From assembly GCF_009914755.1 (NCBI RefSeq), contig NC_060938.1: a stretch of DNA of 64,000 nt; one strand, written 5' to 3'. The position numbers were made by a program, and so were the translations under genes. This document shows positions 58,591-64,000 of this stretch, in pieces. The first letter of the stretch is position 1. Every line of letters starts with the position of its first letter. The DNA is from the human T2T-CHM13v2.0 reference genome, Homo sapiens. The notes beneath the pieces were generated by a model. It saw only the letters and a program-made list of their open reading frames with translations, was not told the DNA's origin and ran no database searches.

Positions 58591-60837
58591 ATGTAGGTTA
58601 CTCATATCCCCATATATGCCAGCATTCTGCATTTTGCTTATACATTTTGCTTTTAATCTTTGTCAACAAAAAACTCATGAATTTCTTAGTATTCTGTGTG
58701 TTGTACAAACAGATGGGCTCTGAGCAGAGCCTGAGAGGCTCCCATAAGAGCAGAGACATGAGCTGTAATATGTAGACATTAAATCGCCTAAAAGCTGCAC
58801 GGAGAGCTTTTCAGTGACTGTCGAGTCCTGGAAACTCTCCTGGACAATCAGCGCTGCTGTTCAAGTACACTCTGGGCAGAGATGATGTCACAGTACCTCT
58901 CCATAAAGGAGGACATTATTCTTACATTTAATAAATAAATTGGAATTAGGAAAACTGTAGGGGAATTTGGGTAGAGGTGGGAAGCAGGCATTCAGCAGTC
59001 AGGTGCACCTGGGCAGGAGGCTTGCTGTGGCCTGGGTCCACAGGCCTGAGGATGGGAGGAAGCTGAGATCAGGCCAGGGTGTCTCCAGGTGGGTGAGGCC
59101 ACAGCGTGGTGCACTGAACAGGTGAATAAATATAGCCCTGCATAAATTACTCAGCAACGAAGTGGAGCTGGGGAAGATTAACCAGGATTACACTGTATTT
59201 ATAAACATGGGTTTTAAGCTCATTGTTATTAAGAAATATAACTGAGAGGGTATCATGGAAGATTCACTAACTTTGGCAAAGTGGAACAAAAATAGTAACA
59301 GTATTTATTTTTTTTGTATCACTAATAAATGAGAGTATTACATATAAGTCAGAGATTGCAGCTTGAAGTTCAAAGCTAGGCATCAGAGTCCTGTAATTGT
59401 ATGCAAAATTTTCTTTATATGTAAATACATGACTTCTTTTTCTAGGGAGAGGGTCTAAGACTCTAAAAGTTAAGAACTACTGATCGTGTGGTTTATATTC
59501 ATGATAACTGAAGTTTTTCTCCATTTATGACAACTTAAAAATATCATTGGCAGTAGGGGGTGGGGCAGAGAATTCTCCCTCTAGAGGACAACATCACATC
59601 TATCCTTGAGTTCATAAAGGTAGTAGACTAAATATAAATAAATCTTCTTTTCTGGGCTCTATCATGTCAAGTTATCGCACCATGTAATGATTTGGAAATG
59701 TTCACAAGGAGCCTGAATGCATCCCCTGATCAGGCTGCTCACCCCTTAAGAGTTAAAGTCCGTGCTCCCCCGACTCCTGTATTTCTTAGCTCCATTTGCC
59801 TTGCAAGGTGCTCATCTACTTTCTCTTCTCTTCCTGTTAGCATCACTTTCTGATAGTGTCTGTGCATCTTCATTCTCCTAATCTGTTGTCTAATTTTACA
59901 TGATCTTATCTGAGTGAGAGGCTAGGGATGGCAAAGCCTGGACAACACCCATTTTTCCTAAAGCTTAGTGACCTCACTAAAATCTTTTTCATTTCCTAGT
60001 TTCTGTTTGAGCCAAAAAGCTGACCACTGGATTAGTCTGGGCATTGCTATATTGTGTTAAAATTGAGCAGAACAGTTGTGGCAATAACCTCTGGAGATTA
60101 GAATATATTGCTTGAAAATCAAGCCAAAGAGTTGCTGTTTTTTTTCCTCATTTTAATTTCCAACCCTCTATTGCCTGCTTTATCTCTTCTCAGGCTTCTG
60201 AGTGCCGCTGGAGAAGGTCATAGCATCTTTCTGATCTTATACATTCATCATGTCTAATCCCAGCTCAGCCCACTCAGCAGTCTTGATGATTTATTTCATT
60301 ACTCACATTGAAGATTTCAGACTTATGCTTTTCTAACTCCCTGTTGGAATGTAAGCTCTATAAGGGCAAAGCTTTTGTTTTGTTTCATTGAATCCTACAC
60401 AGCCAGGAGAGAGCCTGTCACACAGGAGATGCTTAAGAAATACTTGAATGAATGAATTGCTGTCCAGAAAGAAACCTTATATTGGGAAATGGCAGAAGCT
60501 CATTGGGCCACCCAGAGTGGGGCGGAGGGTAGCACAAGGAGCCACTAAACTCTACCTTAAATTCTTCCCTAATAACATTGGTGAATTGGATTTCCTGAGA
60601 TTAAGAACTTCTTTTCATTAAAGAAAGTAAAATTCCACAGAGGAGGAGAAAATATTTGCAACGTACAGAACTGACAAAGTGCTCAGATCCAGAATATGTA
60701 AAAAAAAACTCTAACAAAGTAGCAGAAGACTCACTTCCCAGATTCCCCACCTCCTCATATTGTTATATTGGTGATTAGGTTTTAACAATATGAATTTTGA
60801 GAAGACAAGCAGTCAGACCATAACACCTATTAAAAGA

Positions 60838-61683
60838 TGCCGCATTCCCCTTGCTGAGATAGTAGAATGGTAATCAATAAATACTGAGGGAACTCAGAGA
60901 CTCGCACCGGCAGGAGAACAGGGTGATAGTGGGGAGAAGGCCAGCAAGAAAACGTGAGCAAAGGAATCTGTGTCACAAATAAGTTCAAGGGAAGGTACTA
61001 TGCCTGGATGTGCACATAGGCCAGATTTATGCTTCTTTCCACCCAAACATCTCAGTGTAGCAAAGAGTAACAGAGCATCATTGCCGCCAGCATACCCCAC
61101 CTCCAGCCACAGGGTGGTTTTCTCCTCTCAGAATAGAAAGAATGTACGATCAGGTTTTACACTGAGTCATTCCATTCCCAGGGGCATGCAGGATATGGAG
61201 GCCTTCCTCTTACCTCAACTGCAAGAGGCCTTCCTCTTTTACTAATCCTCCTCAGCACAGACCCTTTACAGGTGTCGGGCTGGGGGATGGTCAGGTCTTT
61301 CCCTTCCCACGAGGCCATATCTCAGGCTGTCTCAGTTGGGAGAAACCTTGGACAGTACCCGGCTTTCCTGGGCAGAGGTCCCTGCAGCTTTCCGCTGTGC
61401 ATTGTGCCCCTGGTTAGTCGAGACTGGAGAATGGCGATGACTTTTACCAAGCATACTACTTGTAAACATATTGTTAACAAGGCACATCCTGCACAGCCCT
61501 AGATCCCTTAAACCTTGATTCCATATAACACATGTTTCTGTGAGCACAGGGCTGGGGCTAAAGTTACAGATTAACAGCATCTCAAGGCAAGACAATTGTT
61601 CAGGGTACAGATAAAAATGGAATTTCTTATGTCTTCCTTTTCTACATAGACACAATAACAGTGTGATCTCTCTTTACCCTACA
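60838..61683 (-). mobile_element. HERV-K (HML-2) LTR5A/B-type LTR, rearranged and lacking U5
   Basis: Reverse complement of 61683 reads TGTAGGGTAAAGAGAGATCACACTGTTATTGTGTCTATGTAGAAAAGG, resembling the LTR5 start. Segment 60838-60908 is the LTR5 polyA-signal region in the opposite orientation. Confidence 0.8.
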
Positions 61684-61930
61684 GTCTGTAAGAGAAAGTG
61701 CTTCTCACCAAAATCAGCCAGGAGCCCCTTTCAGGTTTTATCTAAAGAAAACCTGTCTTTAACCGCCAGCCACATTTCCTGTTTCTTTCTTCTTTCTTTA
61801 ACTCTTACACTTTCTTCTTTCGCTTATTAAACTTTTGCTCCAACCTCACCCTTGGTGTTCTCGCTCCTTGCTTTTCTTGGTTGTGAAACAAAGAACTTGG
61901 AGTCATGCCTTGGGCAATGAGATTGCTTCA
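61684..61930 (+). mobile_element. 3' half of an ERV1 LTR (MER50-like)
   Basis: ATTAAA then ..ctccttgcttttcttggttgtgaaacaaagaac..gcttca end; no matching 5' half seen. Confidence 0.55.
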
Positions 61931-62463
61931 CCTGGATGGATGTGATGACTCGGTATTGTAAAGATGTCAGTTTTCCCCCAAAGTGGTCGACAAATTCAGT
62001 GTGATTTCAATCACAATAAAAACTTGACATATTCTAAATTTTTATGGAAGAATAGAGTTCTTCTAGCAGCAAAGTTAGAGCAAAGAGGGTGTTCCTTATG
62101 CATTTAAAAATATTCTAATAGCTATAATGATAAAATGAGGCATGATTTTTCCAACAACAGACAAATAAATCAAACGAATAGAGGAGTGAACCCAGTATTT
62201 ATGAAGATTACATGTAAGATCAAGGTATCATCTAATGAGGAAAGCATGAGCCTTTTAATAAATAGTATTTTGGAAACTGCCTTACTATATGGAGAAAGCT
62301 AGGTTCCTATCCTTCACAGTGTTTTAAAAACAAAACAAAACCCCAAAACAAAAACTCTAAATGGATTAAAGAGGCACACATGAGAGGCAAAACAATATAT
62401 ATGTTTGTGACTCAGGAGTGCAGAAGAATCTCCTTAACAAACCCTCAAATTAGAAAGCATACA

Positions 62464-62790
<327 letters not shown>

Positions 62791-63784
62791 AGATACAAGA
62801 AAAAAAAAGAAAGCATACAGGAAAAAAAAAATGGGAAGAAAACGATCAGCAAAAATGACAGGCAGGTACCAGGACAGGGAAATGTATTTGCAGTATCTAA
62901 AACCTATGAGGAATTAACATCTAGAGCATTCCAAGAGCTTTTTTATATCAGCAATATAAAGACAAAAAGTCTAAAGGAAATCGCAAAGTCTATACAGAAA
63001 ATTCAGATGGAGAAACCCCATTGCTTGAAAAGAGGTGTTTAATCATAACACTAGTCAAAGAAATGCAAATTAAAGCAACATAATACCAAATCACACCCAT
63101 CACATTGAAAAACAATAGGAAGTCATCTAATACTGAATTCTGGGGAGTCTGCAAAGAAGAAAAACCTGCAGGCATAGGTGGTAGGAGGGTAACGGATACA
63201 GCCTTTCTGGAGATCCATCTGGCAGGATTCTGAGATTAAGTATGTGTACCTCCTTTGACCCAGCAATCCCACTCAAAGATGTAATCCCCCAGAGTAATAG
63301 TTGCTATAAGGGTGTTCAATTTAGTATAATTTAGCCCCAATATCTAGATTATTGCCTGAAGGATAAAAGCACTCAACAGATGTTTGTGAATCAGGAAATG
63401 AATGAATGTCACAAAGAGAGCAGAAAGTAAGCAATCTGCACCTGTAGGCATGGATAAGTAAAATGTGGTATATCCCTATGAGGGAAGAGGATACTACAGT
63501 AGTTACAAGGAGCAAACTGTATTTATGTGGAGCCACCTGGATAGACTGCAAAAGCACCTGTCAAAGGAAGCAAGTGAAAAACGGAATCAGATTTGTTGAA
63601 AAAATCCCATTCATGTAATTTTTAAAACCACACCCCTCAAATTATTTTTTAAAAAGTTATACATCCAAACAAATATTAGAAGGGAAATTGGGAGGACGCA
63701 TAAGCACTAGATTGGATGCTCCATAACATCGACAGAATAATGGAGAGAAATAATGAGATACCAAAGGGGCATCTTGCCTGAAAC

Positions 63785-64000
63785 TGTTACCAGAAAGGGG
63801 TCCCAATCTGGACCCCAAGAGAGGGTTCTTGGATCTCACGCAAGAAAGAATTCAGGGTGAGTCCATACTGTAAGGTGAAAACAACTTTATTAAGAAAGTA
63901 AAAGAATAAAAGATGGCTATTCCATAGGCAGAGCAGCAGCTTGGGCTGCTGGACTAAGGATATATATTTCTTGATTATATGCTAAACAAGGGGTGGGCAA
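63785..64000 (-). mobile_element. MER41 LTR 3' end (runs off window)
   Basis: tgttaccagaaaggggtcccaatc is the reverse complement of the end of the MER41 at 11488; the ORF track shows matching MRSKN..GPLSGN peptides. Confidence 0.85.

Overview
Human genomic DNA, recognisable as the 14q32.13 TCL1 locus. It holds the probable 3' part of the lncRNA TCL6 (start of window, + strand), the complete TCL1B gene (+ strand, 128 aa; CDS exons 18045-18206, 22317-22487, 22849-22902, plus a 3'UTR exon) and the complete TCL1A gene (- strand, 114 aa; CDS exons 45651-45532, 43981-43805, 43387-43340, plus a 3'UTR exon). The two genes are convergent and about 17 kb apart, each with a GC-box/CpG-island promoter. 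The rest is repeat-dense: many Alus, old L1s, several ERV1 solo LTRs with readable target-site duplications, a full-length MST MaLR provirus nested in an L1, and a rearranged HERV-K LTR5. Nearly all other ORFs in the track are Alu/L1/LTR or GC-rich artefacts. I see no wholly new gene system. The best leads are: (1) the TCL1B-specific loop insertion seems homologous to the start of TCL1A intron 1 (splice-donor shift); (2) a GC-AG intron in TCL1B; (3) two near-consensus cryptic 12-RSS upstream of TCL1A; (4) an internally inverted, truncated LTR5; (5) a possible unannotated 3'UTR retrocopy between the genes; (6) a dispersed 55-bp duplication carrying TCF/LEF sites. Repeat subfamily names and literature links come from memory and need checking.
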